DNA of 59,379 nucleotides, filler included, from Dugesia japonica (Eukaryota): NCBI GenBank assembly GCA_001938525.1. It is 5 parts of 5 records of this genome, joined end to end, with 100 filler letters (N's around TTAATTAATTAA, not from the genome) between each part and the next. Parts side by side here need not be neighbours in the genome. Positions count along the whole stretch, not along the records: positions 15,915 to 28,617 come from MQRL01536340.1; positions 28,718 to 41,880 come from MQRL01622777.1; 3 more parts are not named here. One strand, 5' to 3'. Shown piece by piece: positions 27,706 to 36,464 of this stretch (position 1 is its first letter; each line of letters starts with the position of its first letter). The notes under the pieces were generated by a model. It saw only the letters and a program-made list of their open reading frames with translations, ran no database searches and was not told where the DNA came from. The position numbers and the translations under genes were made by a program.

Positions 27706-27865
27706 ATGAGTCATAAGTATGACTCATCGATGACTAGAACAAAGACGATGACTCATAGGTATGACTCATTGCTGAATAGAACAAGGACCATGACTCATAA
27801 GTACGACTCATCGCTGACTAGAACAAAGACCATGACTCATCGTTTTCTAGATCAGGATGAGTCAT
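27706..27865. repeat. 42-bp tandem repeat array carrying AP-1/GCN4-type ATGA(C/G)TCAT sites
   Basis: Units start at 27706, 27748, 27790 and 27832. Perfect 9-mers at 27706, 27719, 27748, 27761, 27790, 27832 and 27857; variant ACGACTCAT at 27803. Confidence 0.9.
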
Positions 27866-28617
27866 ACTTTTTTCTGTCAAAATTTTTCTGTCCAAACAAA
27901 AAAAGCTAAAATTCTCTAGATCAGGGTGATTCATTGTTTATCAAAAATATTCTGTCCAAACAAACAAAGAAAAAAAAATTTTTTTTATTTATTTATTTTT
28001 TTAAAAATTTTTTTTATTATTTTTTTATTTTTTGAAACATTTAAAACAGAAAAAAGTCTGTTTAAGTTAAAATTTATTATAAAAAGATAAATACATTAAT
28101 TTCTTTTAAAGAAATAGTAGAATAGACCAGATGTTAATATTATCATTGTACCATATTTGATTATTCTTTGTTGGTCCAAGTTATCTTTAATTTTCTTCAT
28201 GAATATTGTTCAGACTAAGAGTTCAACATATTCATGTTTACTCATTAGACCATTTTCTAGCTCCGTTAGGGATTGAATATCGCCAACGGATCCACTGTTA
28301 ATTGTATCTGTCAATTTCTGAATTTCTCTTTCCAATTGATGCATTTTGAGAAGAATTTTGAAATTTAAAACAGATTTATTTTACGTAAGCTACTGTTTTT
28401 ATACTTCCTAAGATACATACATACACACTGTTTGATAGGTTCTTTTGTTTTTAAAGGAAAAGATTGGTTATAAATCGTTTTAATTTTATATGATTGGTTG
28501 TAAATCAAATAAAATAATATGATTTGCTATTAAAATCAACATTTGAAAAAGTTAGAAATACTTTGTTTAACTTGCATTTGTATTGCATTTGTTATGTTTA
28601 AACAAAGAATTACCAAT

Positions 28618-28717
28618 NNNNNNNNNNNNNNNNNNNNNNNNNNNNNNNNNNNNNNNNNNNNTTAATTAATTAANNNNNNNNNNNNNNNNNNNNNNNNNNN
28701 NNNNNNNNNNNNNNNNN
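28618..28717. other. Artificial contig linker
   Basis: N44-TTAATTAATTAA-N44. Confidence 0.95.
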
Positions 28718-28719
28718 AA

Positions 28720-29376
28720 GGTAAAAATGTAATATTAACAGTTATAGATCTTTACACGAGATTTGCATTCGTAGAACTTTCTAAAAGTAAACCTGGCCAA
28801 GCAACAACAAAAGCATTTGAAAAAATTTTAACTTAAAGTTTTAGAACTCCAAATAAATTATGGGTAGATCATGGTAAAGAATTTTATAATCAACATTTTA
28901 AATCTTTCTGTAAAAATAATAACATTGAAATCTATTCAACTGAAAATCAAGGCAAAGCAGTTGTCATTGAAAGATTTAACAGAACATTTAAAAACAAGCT
29001 CTTTAAACATTTAACTGCCGTTGGTAATCAAGATATAAGCGAAGCGCTTTTAGAAAAAATTGTACATGAATACAATAACAGTGTGCATTCTAGTATTAAC
29101 ATTACACCTCAAGAAGCAACAAATAATCCAGAAAGTATTAATATCGCGAAACCAAAGCCTTTCAATGAAAAATCAAAATTTAATATTGAAGATAGAGTAA
29201 GAATAACTAAAATAGGAAAAACATTTCCTAAAGGTTATACTTTTAAATGGTCAAAAAGAATTTATATTATTAGTAAAATACACCGCGAGCCATTTACATA
29301 TCAAATCAGTAATCTTAACGGCAACAAAATATTGGGGAGATTTTATAGTAATGAATTACAGAAAACTTTATTATGA
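28720..29376 (+). pseudogene. Polinton retroviral-like (rve) integrase, 5' part missing, one in-frame TAA
   Basis: LTVIDLYTRFAF, KLWVDHGKEFYN, VIERFNRTFK, YNNSVHSSINITP, KGYTFKWS, GRFYSNELQK; TAA at 28834-28836. Confidence 0.92.
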
Positions 29377-29596
29377 TTAAAGTATAAATCTTAAAATTGA
29401 TGATGTTAAAGATCTTTTAGAGCATTTAAATTTAGTTGTTGCTGATTTGCTTTTTATTGATATTCCAGGAAAAAAAGATTATTTTAACATAATCAAAGAT
29501 AATATATTAGATCTTAAAGATAATATAAAATTTTATCTAGCAATATCAACTTTAAAATTTGAAGGTGAAACAAGAAATTAAAATGTAAAATGTCTT

Positions 29597-29812
29597 GTGT
29601 TAAAATTTTATATAATAAAAATGGATGAAGAATTAGTAGAAGTTAAAAATAAAATAAAAGATGTTAAATGTAAAACTTATAATTTAAAATCTGATGATGA
29701 TGAAATTGAAATTGAATATACAAAATGTTTTGAGAAAAATGTAATACATAAAATTAAATATTTAATAAATAGCGAAGCAAATAGCAGTGAAAATGACATA
29801 TGTGTGGAATAA
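29597..29812 (+). CDS. Small Polinton hypothetical protein (probable ATG 29621)
   Basis: Short K/E/D-rich ORF between integrase and ATPase, overlapping the ATPase start. Confidence 0.45.
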   Translation: MLKFYIIKMDEELVEVKNKIKDVKCKTYNLKSDDDEIEIEYTKCFEKNVIHKIKYLINSEANSSENDICVE

Positions 29813-30542
29813 AAATATTACACATTTTAAAAATAAAGTGTTACCTAATAATTTTAGACTTTTAATGATTGGATCTTCAGGTTGTGATAAAAATGTTTTA
29901 TTAATGAAAATGTTATTAACACCTGAATTTTTAGATTATGATGTTTTAATAATTTACTCTACAACAATTACCCAATTTGAAATTCAATTGTTATATTTAG
30001 GATTTGAAAATGGATTATCTAAAGATGAAATTAGTTTTATGTTTGTAAAACAAAATATAGTACCAGATACATGTATTACTCCATATCAAGTCTTGCAATA
30101 TTTTATTGATAAAAAATTAGTTACTAAAAAACCAAGAAGTATAAATGTAACATTAAGTAATAAACCTAATGAAATAATTTCTTGTGATAAACTTTCTAAG
30201 GAAAAGAAAAACTTAATAATTTTTGATGATGTTGTTAATATAAAAAATCAAGAAATCCAAAAAATTTATTTCACAAGAGGTCGTCATTCTAATTGTAATG
30301 TAATTTATATTTCACAAACATATTACCATCTTTATAAAAACTCTATCAGAAATAATTCAAATTATTATATCTTATTCAAATTAAATAAAACTGATAGAGA
30401 TAATGTTTATCATGAGTTATTTTCAAATATATTTGAAAACAAGTTAGAATATGATTATGAAGTAAATATTCACTGGAAAACTAAATATAATTATTTTTAT
30501 TTGAACAAAGAAACTGATGAAATGTTAGATGATTTATTTTAG
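29787..30542 (+). CDS. A32/FtsK-like DNA packaging ATPase (degenerate Walker A)
   Basis: LLMIGSSGCDKN (GxSGxGKT altered), LIIFDD Walker B, FTRGRHSN arginine finger, IYISQ, IRNN. Confidence 0.92.
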   Translation: MKMTYVWNKNITHFKNKVLPNNFRLLMIGSSGCDKNVLLMKMLLTPEFLDYDVLIIYSTTITQFEIQLLYLGFENGLSKDEISFMFVKQNIVPDTCITPYQVLQYFIDKKLVTKKPRSINVTLSNKPNEIISCDKLSKEKKNLIIFDDVVNIKNQEIQKIYFTRGRHSNCNVIYISQTYYHLYKNSIRNNSNYYILFKLNKTDRDNVYHELFSNIFENKLEYDYEVNIHWKTKYNYFYLNKETDEMLDDLF

Positions 30543-30567
30543 CTTTATGCATCCCGTTGCTCTAGAT

Positions 30568-31537
30568 TTATCTTTCTAACACTTCTCGTTCTGAAGCTAT
30601 TATATTTTCAATCTCAGCAAAATTATCTTGAATTTTTCGAAATGATAAATTACTTTTAATAATANNNNNNNNNNNNNNNNNNNNNNNNGCTAATCTAATT
30701 AATCTATTTATATAACTCATTGTGTGAACAATTCCAAATCCAGCTAGATAATTTAAAAAATCATTATAATGTTTTTTCTTATTAGGAGTTTGAAATCTTA
30801 ATTTTAAAACATATAATATTGAACCTAACGTTGCATATGAGTATTATGTTCCACGTTTAAACATAGTTAACTGATTTTGACAATTGAAATATGATTCTAC
30901 TAAATTAAATTCCTTTTCTGTTAAAAACATTGCAGAATTTTCTTTAAAATCTTCTATTTTAAAATCTTTTATTTTAACATTTAATTTCTCAACATTTTTA
31001 AAGGAATTATAAAGTTCCATTCTAAATGTGGTTGGTTTATTTATTTCCAATTTAACATCATCCTCATTATCTGTTGGAAAATATTTTACTCGTATTTTTT
31101 TTTACTTCTTTTATTGCTCTTCTTATTGAATCTCTTTCATTTTTATTATTTGGTAATGGTTATATCATTTCAGTTGTTTTTGGTTGAAGTTTCATATTAA
31201 ATTTTGGAGGATCAAATTCTTCTAAGCAAGATAATTCATCAAATGTATTTCTATTTAATAATGTTATATGTTCAGGGTTATTAATAATTACTAAATTTTC
31301 TGGTTCCTCAGGTGGAATGTTAAATGAAACGTCTCTAGATTCTTCTTCTGAACTTCCATCTTGATCATGTTTCATATCTATATATTCTGATTCTGAAAAA
31401 TATCCTTCTTCACTTTCTGATTCTGAACTAATTAAATCATTAAGTGATATTATTAAATTTTTTAATTCTTTTTTCATCTTCTCACCAGATTTTATTTTTG
31501 GTAAAACATTTTCGATTTCACTTATTACATCTTCCAT
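30568..31537 (-). pseudogene. Polinton hypothetical protein, disrupted
   Basis: ORFs 31537-31160 and 31050-30844 join via TAA 31160-31162 and a frameshift in the A-run at about 31100. The frame continues past TAA 30844-30846 (YSYATLGSILYVLKL...) to a stop at 30568. Confidence 0.6.
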
Positions 31538-31598
31538 TTGTCAGCTTTGCTATTTGTCCGTAGGTCAGCGAAGCGATTTCTTAAATATAAAATTTAAT

Positions 31599-31627
31599 CA
31601 CACACGCACGCACGCACGCACGCACGC
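31599..31627. repeat. (CA)n(CGCA)n microsatellite in Polinton intergenic spacer
   Basis: cacacacgcacgcacgcacgcacgcacgc. Confidence 0.85.
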
Positions 31628-31656
31628 GTTTCATTGGACGAAGGCCAGCAAAGCGA

Positions 31657-32238
31657 TTAGATTCCTAATTTCATTTTCATTTCATTAATAACTTTACTTT
31701 GATTTTGCACTAACATTTTTAAACTTTCATCTTTTTCTTTTTTATTTCCAGATATAAAATTATGAACTTCATTAACCATATTTTTACTTATCATTAATTC
31801 ATCATCAATTAAAATTTCATCATTTACAGCTTTCTGTTGAAATAAGAATAATTTATTTTTAACACATTCAAGCTTTCTTATTAACTTTTCATATATTTCT
31901 TTTCTAGATTTTATCAAAGAGGAATTTAATGTTCCAATTACAGGTAAAACTGAAATTGCGGCTGTTATAACTGCTATACCAATTGTTGTAAGCGCAATTA
32001 CAACTGGAGTTATTAATATAACACCACCAATTCCAATTCCAACACTAACAATTATTTGTGTATATTTTATTCCTGAATCTATTCTTTCCCATCTTTTATG
32101 TACTTTCTTATAATGTTTAATTTTATCTTTTATAAAGTAAAGGTCATTTTCAAAATCTCTAATTCTAGACATCGAAAGTTTATTTTTTAAATCTAAAATT
32201 GTATAATCACTCAAGTCAGGATATATTTTGTCTTCCAT
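31657..32238 (-). CDS. Polinton membrane protein (hydrophobic hairpin flanked by coiled coils)
   Basis: Likely start MEDKIYP at 32238; about 40-aa hydrophobic Gly/Ala/Ile/Val stretch IIVSVGIGIGGVILITPVVIALTTIGIAVITAAISVLPVIG. Confidence 0.7.
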   Translation of the reverse strand: MEDKIYPDLSDYTILDLKNKLSMSRIRDFENDLYFIKDKIKHYKKVHKRWERIDSGIKYTQIIVSVGIGIGGVILITPVVIALTTIGIAVITAAISVLPVIGTLNSSLIKSRKEIYEKLIRKLECVKNKLFLFQQKAVNDEILIDDELMISKNMVNEVHNFISGNKKEKDESLKMLVQNQSKVINEMKMKLGI

Positions 32239-32251
32239 CGGCTTTGCTATT

Positions 32252-33793
32252 TTATAAGAATAAAATTTTACATTTAAACATTTCAAAATATTTTTGTTGT
32301 TCTGGTGGTGGGAAAACTATTTGAATTTGATTTATTATTTTATCTTTATTAATTTCGCTGCTTTCACGAGAAATTTTTATAATACCATCTTCAGGTTTAA
32401 AATATTGATATGATATTGCAATTTTATTAATTCTAATGACATATGTAAATTTTTCAATATCATGAAAATAACCATNTATATTTATACTAACTCTTTTATT
32501 AATATTTGTAAATAAAAATATTTCTTTTATAAATTTTCCTTTTCTTTTAATATTAATATTATTTACATATTTTTCCATAACAGAAAATTTAGGAAGATTA
32601 TCTTTTTCATCAAAGGTAATTGAAAAAATTTGTCCGGAGGTGATTTCATAAGGTAAGTAATTATCAATTATTTCTTTTATTTCTTTGAATGAATTAGTTT
32701 TAAATAAAACATTAATTCTGTCAACATGTATTTTGTGAAGTTTTGGTTTTATCATTTCAAATTCTTTACTTATTTCTTCATAAAATTTTAAACTATTTAA
32801 TTTAATAATTACACTCTTTAATTTAATTTTATTTACAAAAATTATTTCAATGTAATTTATTTTTGTTTCTTTATTAATTTCAGTACTTTCTCTGTAAATT
32901 TTAATATTACCATCTTCAGGTGTAACATGTTCCATTACTAATGCAATATTATTAATTTAAATGGTGTAAAGAAATTCGTAAATATCACAATTACCCTCAA
33001 TATATATACAAACTTTTTCATTGATGTCTGTATGTAAAAGAATAGAATTTCTTGGAAATTTAAAATTATTAACATGTTTATCACTAATATGAAATTGGTT
33101 GTTGTTAAGTGTTAATATTGTATTATTATTTGGTAAAAAAACATAAGGTGTGTAATTATCAAGCATTTCTCTTAAATTTTTTAGGGTTGAATCTAAAAGT
33201 GTTTCTTTATAAGTTTTAAATAAAACATCAATTCTATCACTATATATTTTATGTTGTCTTGAATTTACAATTNNNNNNNNNNNNNNNNNNNNNNNNNNNN
33301 NNNNNNNNNNNNNNNNNNNNNNNNNNNNNNNNNTATCAATAAGATTTAAATATTCATCAAATGTTTTCTTATCTAAATCATCATCTAATTTATTAATTTT
33401 AACATTTAACATGTCAATGTCTTTTTTAATTTTTCCAGATAAATCATCAGCAACTAATTTGCTTAAACTAGTTATTAAATCACTTCTATTATATGGAAAA
33501 AGTTCTGCTTTTAATCTTTTAATGTCATAATTTATTTTATCAAATGTTTCTTTGTTACAATTTTTAATTAAGATATTATCAATCTTTAATTCAAGTAGTT
33601 TTATATATTTTAAATTAACTGCATCAGAGAGATCTTTTGGATCTTCTGTTATTTTTAAACATGTTATTGTGTCACTTGTTTCATTTACAAATTTACTTTC
33701 ATTTTGTGCATCAGATATTCTAAGTTTAGCATCAACATGTTTTAATACATGTGAACTATTTAGAGTGGATAAACTTTCACCAAACTTATTCAT
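32252..33793 (-). pseudogene. Candidate fibre/spike-like protein (~513 aa) with one in-frame TAA
   Basis: The two track ORFs are in the same frame, joined across TAA 32957-32959. MNKFG start, PKDLSDAVNLKY motif, coiled coil, then two tandem beta-rich repeats. Confidence 0.6.
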
Positions 33794-33910
33794 GTCCGTA
33801 GGCTAGCTTTGCTTATCTTCTCCTTTTATGGGCTTTGCTTAACTATTTCTTTATATAAATCTTTCATTTCTAAAATTATCTCATCAAAATCTAACTCACT
33901 TCGTTTGAGT

Positions 33911-34249
33911 TTATATAAAAATATAAATACATAAGATGCCACAAATTTTAGTACCAAAATGTTGAACTTGAATTTCATTATATTTTTTTGTAATTCTAGT
34001 GAGTCCTTCTAAAGGTTTTAAACCAAAAGAGTCAAAATAATATCCATCTTTGTAACATGTCCAATGTATTCCTTTTTGATTTGAATTTTGATAATTAAAG
34101 ATGTAATTTGTATATGTATTAACATTGGAGATCTCATTTTTCATGTAAATCTCTAAATCCATATTTAAAAAGTCTGCAATTGAATATAAATCAAAATTTG
34201 TAGTTGTATTGATTCCAAATGTTTTTAAGAAGTCTAATAAGTTGTACAT
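33911..34249 (-). CDS. Adenain-like (C5) cysteine protease
   Basis: GIHWTC (catalytic His), YYFDSFG (Asp), VQ (oxyanion Gln), ICGILC (Cys). Confidence 0.92.
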   Translation of the reverse strand: MYNLLDFLKTFGINTTTNFDLYSIADFLNMDLEIYMKNEISNVNTYTNYIFNYQNSNQKGIHWTCYKDGYYFDSFGLKPLEGLTRITKKYNEIQVQHFGTKICGILCIYIFI

Positions 34250-34284
34250 CTTTTCCTTTTATGGGTTTCAATCTTCGCGATTTC

Positions 34285-34974
34285 TTAAAGTCGATATTTA
34301 CGTAAATGAACTAAAATTGAAATCATTTCTTGACTAAAATCTATTGTATTAAAATTTTTATCTACTATGTTAAATTTTAAACTATCAATATATTTTGTAT
34401 TAATTTTAGAATAAATTGTTACAGCTGGTCTTTNNNNNNNNNNNNNNNNNNNNNNNNNNNNNNNNNNNNNNNNNNNNNNNNNNNNNNNNNNNNNNNNNNN
34501 NNNNTTTACATAACTACCTTTAACAATATTACAAGTTACATTTATCATGTTAATATGTGAAATGTCAATTTTATTATCAGAGTAATAACTTCCTGGTTGA
34601 TAAGTTTTTGCATTGAAACCTAACATTTTCCGGAAGAAAGATTTATCATCAGAAGTTAAAATGTTTTTTGTTTTCATGTTACATTTTACTGTTGAAGTGT
34701 CAGGTATAACTTCTATTCCATATTTTGCAAATTTATCTGAAATTACTTTTATTTCATATGCACCAGGTTCAATTGTCCGTAGGCCAGCTTCGCGATCTTT
34801 TTCTTCTTTAGATGAAACTGTAAATTTATTATTTAAATTTGTAATGTTAAAAATAATATTGTAACATGAAAAACAAATTAATCCAAGTTCATATTCTGAA
34901 TCTAATTCTATAGGATATTTTAAATATAATTTTAAATCTTGTTCTTTTCCAACTACTAGAAATTGATGGCTCAT
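34285..34974 (-). CDS. Minor capsid protein (penton, single jelly roll)
   Basis: PIEL..EYELGL, NITNLNNKF, IEPGAYEI, INVTCNIVKGSY, IDSLKFNIVD.N...IDF..E.I.ILVHLR: typical Polinton penton pattern and size. Confidence 0.8.
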   Translation of the reverse strand: MSHQFLVVGKEQDLKLYLKYPIELDSEYELGLICFSCYNIIFNITNLNNKFTVSSKEEKDREAGLRTIEPGAYEIKVISDKFAKYGIEVIPDTSTVKCNMKTKNILTSDDKSFFRKMLGFNAKTYQPGSYYSDNKIDISHINMINVTCNIVKGSYVXXXXXXXXXXXXXXXXXXXXXXXXXRPAVTIYSKINTKYIDSLKFNIVDKNFNTIDFSQEMISILVHLRKYRL

Positions 34975-34982
34975 GTCCGTAG

Positions 34983-35264
34983 TTATTTATTAAAAGAGAA
35001 ATATTTAGCTTTATATTTTTTATAAATCATGTTAGATATTAAACCTAGAATCTTTAATATTTTACATGTCTTTTTAATTTCTTCAGAGAGATTATCATGT
35101 CCAGATTTTCCTGCTGAAATTAATAATGTTAACTTTTCAAATAATGCTATCGGTGAAGTCAAAAGAGCATCTCCTTCTGTTTCTGTTAAATATTCTGATT
35201 TAGATTTTTCTGATTCTGATTCAGGTTTCTTTAATATAGCTTTTTCTTTTAGGTTATACAGCAA
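34983..35264 (-). CDS. Small Polinton conserved-type hypothetical protein
   Basis: KLTLLISAGKSGHDNLSEEI resembles the L.LL..s..aGn....EI motif of small Polinton ORFs. Confidence 0.55.
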   Translation of the reverse strand: MLYNLKEKAILKKPESESEKSKSEYLTETEGDALLTSPIALFEKLTLLISAGKSGHDNLSEEIKKTCKILKILGLISNMIYKKYKAKYFSFNK

Positions 35265-35865
35265 TATCTACTCTTCTAAATTTTTTCTTTAATTTATTAC
35301 AATAATCACTATTGGTTGGAATTGGAGAAATAAATTTATTTAAATAAACTTCAATATCTTCGGGTGTTTCTGTTCCATCTAGATTTCCTAAAATGATTCT
35401 AAATATTCCATCAGTGTATGGTATAACTTCTGATTTNNNNNNNNNNNNNNNNNNNNNNNNNNNNGAGAATAAATAAATTTTATTTTCTTTTAAAGTTATT
35501 TCCATAAAACTTTTTATATCATTAATGCCAGTAATATTTAATCTAGAAAATTTAGGAATAATTGATTGACTTAATTTTNNNNNNNNNNNNNNNNNNNNNN
35601 NNNNNNNNNNNNNNNNNNNNNNNNNNNNNNNNNNNNNNNNNNNNNNNNNNNNNNNNNNNNNNNNNNNNNNNNNNNNNNNNNNNNNNNNNGTTTGCTTTGG
35701 AATTTTTTCTATTGCATTGATTATTGGTTGTTGCATGATAGATAATTCACTTTGTAAGTTTCTTGAGTCAACAACATTTCCACAGAAAAAATCATTATAT
35801 TTTGCTTGAGATTTTACTAATGCTTTTAATTCTTTAATTCTTTCTTCAACTTGATGAGTATTCAT
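35254..35865 (-). CDS. Polinton hypothetical protein
   Basis: Open across two N gaps; QPIINAIE and YTDGIFRII...T.EDIEVY patterns. Confidence 0.55.
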   Translation of the reverse strand: MNTHQVEERIKELKALVKSQAKYNDFFCGNVVDSRNLQSELSIMQQPIINAIEKIPKQXXXXXXXXXXXXXXXXXXXXXXXXXXXXXXXXXXXXXXKLSQSIIPKFSRLNITGINDIKSFMEITLKENKIYLFXXXXXXXXXXKSEVIPYTDGIFRIILGNLDGTETPEDIEVYLNKFISPIPTNSDYCNKLKKKFRRVDIAV

Positions 35866-35906
35866 AACCGTAGGCTTTGCTATTTTCTATAGAAAGGATT
35901 TATCAT

Positions 35907-36455
35907 TCAACATTGAACATTTTGATTTGGGTTATAAGGATTTAGATAAAGACCATTTACATTTTGCACTACATGTATTCCATCTTTAAATATTTTAGTA
36001 ATATCTTTTAAGTTAGGATCTTCAATAATATTTTTTAAATATTTATGTATTGCAGAACCTTGCCATGGATTTAGATATAAACCAGTACCTTGATGGGCTT
36101 CGCCTCCATGATATGGATTTAGATATAAGCCTTCTCCTTTTGGTTTATCACGAAATTCAGTCTCTTTTTGATGTTTAATTGCTTCTTTTGAACTAGCTAC
36201 GGTTGATGCAATTCCAGATGCAATACTAGCAGTTCCAGCTAAAGCACCAATAATTGCTGGTATTCCAGCTAGAAATGCAAAACCTCCGTTATGGGCTTCG
36301 CTACCTTCTTTTTTCTTTTTTAATTCATCTTTTACTTTTTTACTAATATAATAATTTTTACCGTTTATATTTACAGATTTACATTTCTTTGAATTAACTA
36401 TTTTCTCTAATTCTTCTTCTGTTGGGTTATCTGCTTTATGCGCTGCGCTGCTCAT
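35907..36455 (-). CDS. Adenovirus pX/Mu-like core protein precursor
   Basis: Basic stretch followed by GGFAFLAGIPAIIGALAG; three GLYLNP(Y/W) repeats. Confidence 0.65.
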   Translation of the reverse strand: MSSAAHKADNPTEEELEKIVNSKKCKSVNINGKNYYISKKVKDELKKKKEGSEAHNGGFAFLAGIPAIIGALAGTASIASGIASTVASSKEAIKHQKETEFRDKPKGEGLYLNPYHGGEAHQGTGLYLNPWQGSAIHKYLKNIIEDPNLKDITKIFKDGIHVVQNVNGLYLNPYNPNQNVQC

Positions 36456-36464
36456 TTTTCTATA

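Noticed and set aside
27706-27865. CRISPR-like array, or the 85-aa ORF 27652-27909 as a protein
   Set aside because: Units repeat along their whole length with no unique spacers, the context is eukaryotic with no cas genes, and the ORF is a by-product of a 42-bp (multiple of 3) repeat.
33552-35292. Plus-strand ORFs 33552-33806, 34613-34864 and 35029-35292
   Set aside because: Antisense shadows of well-supported minus-strand Polinton genes.
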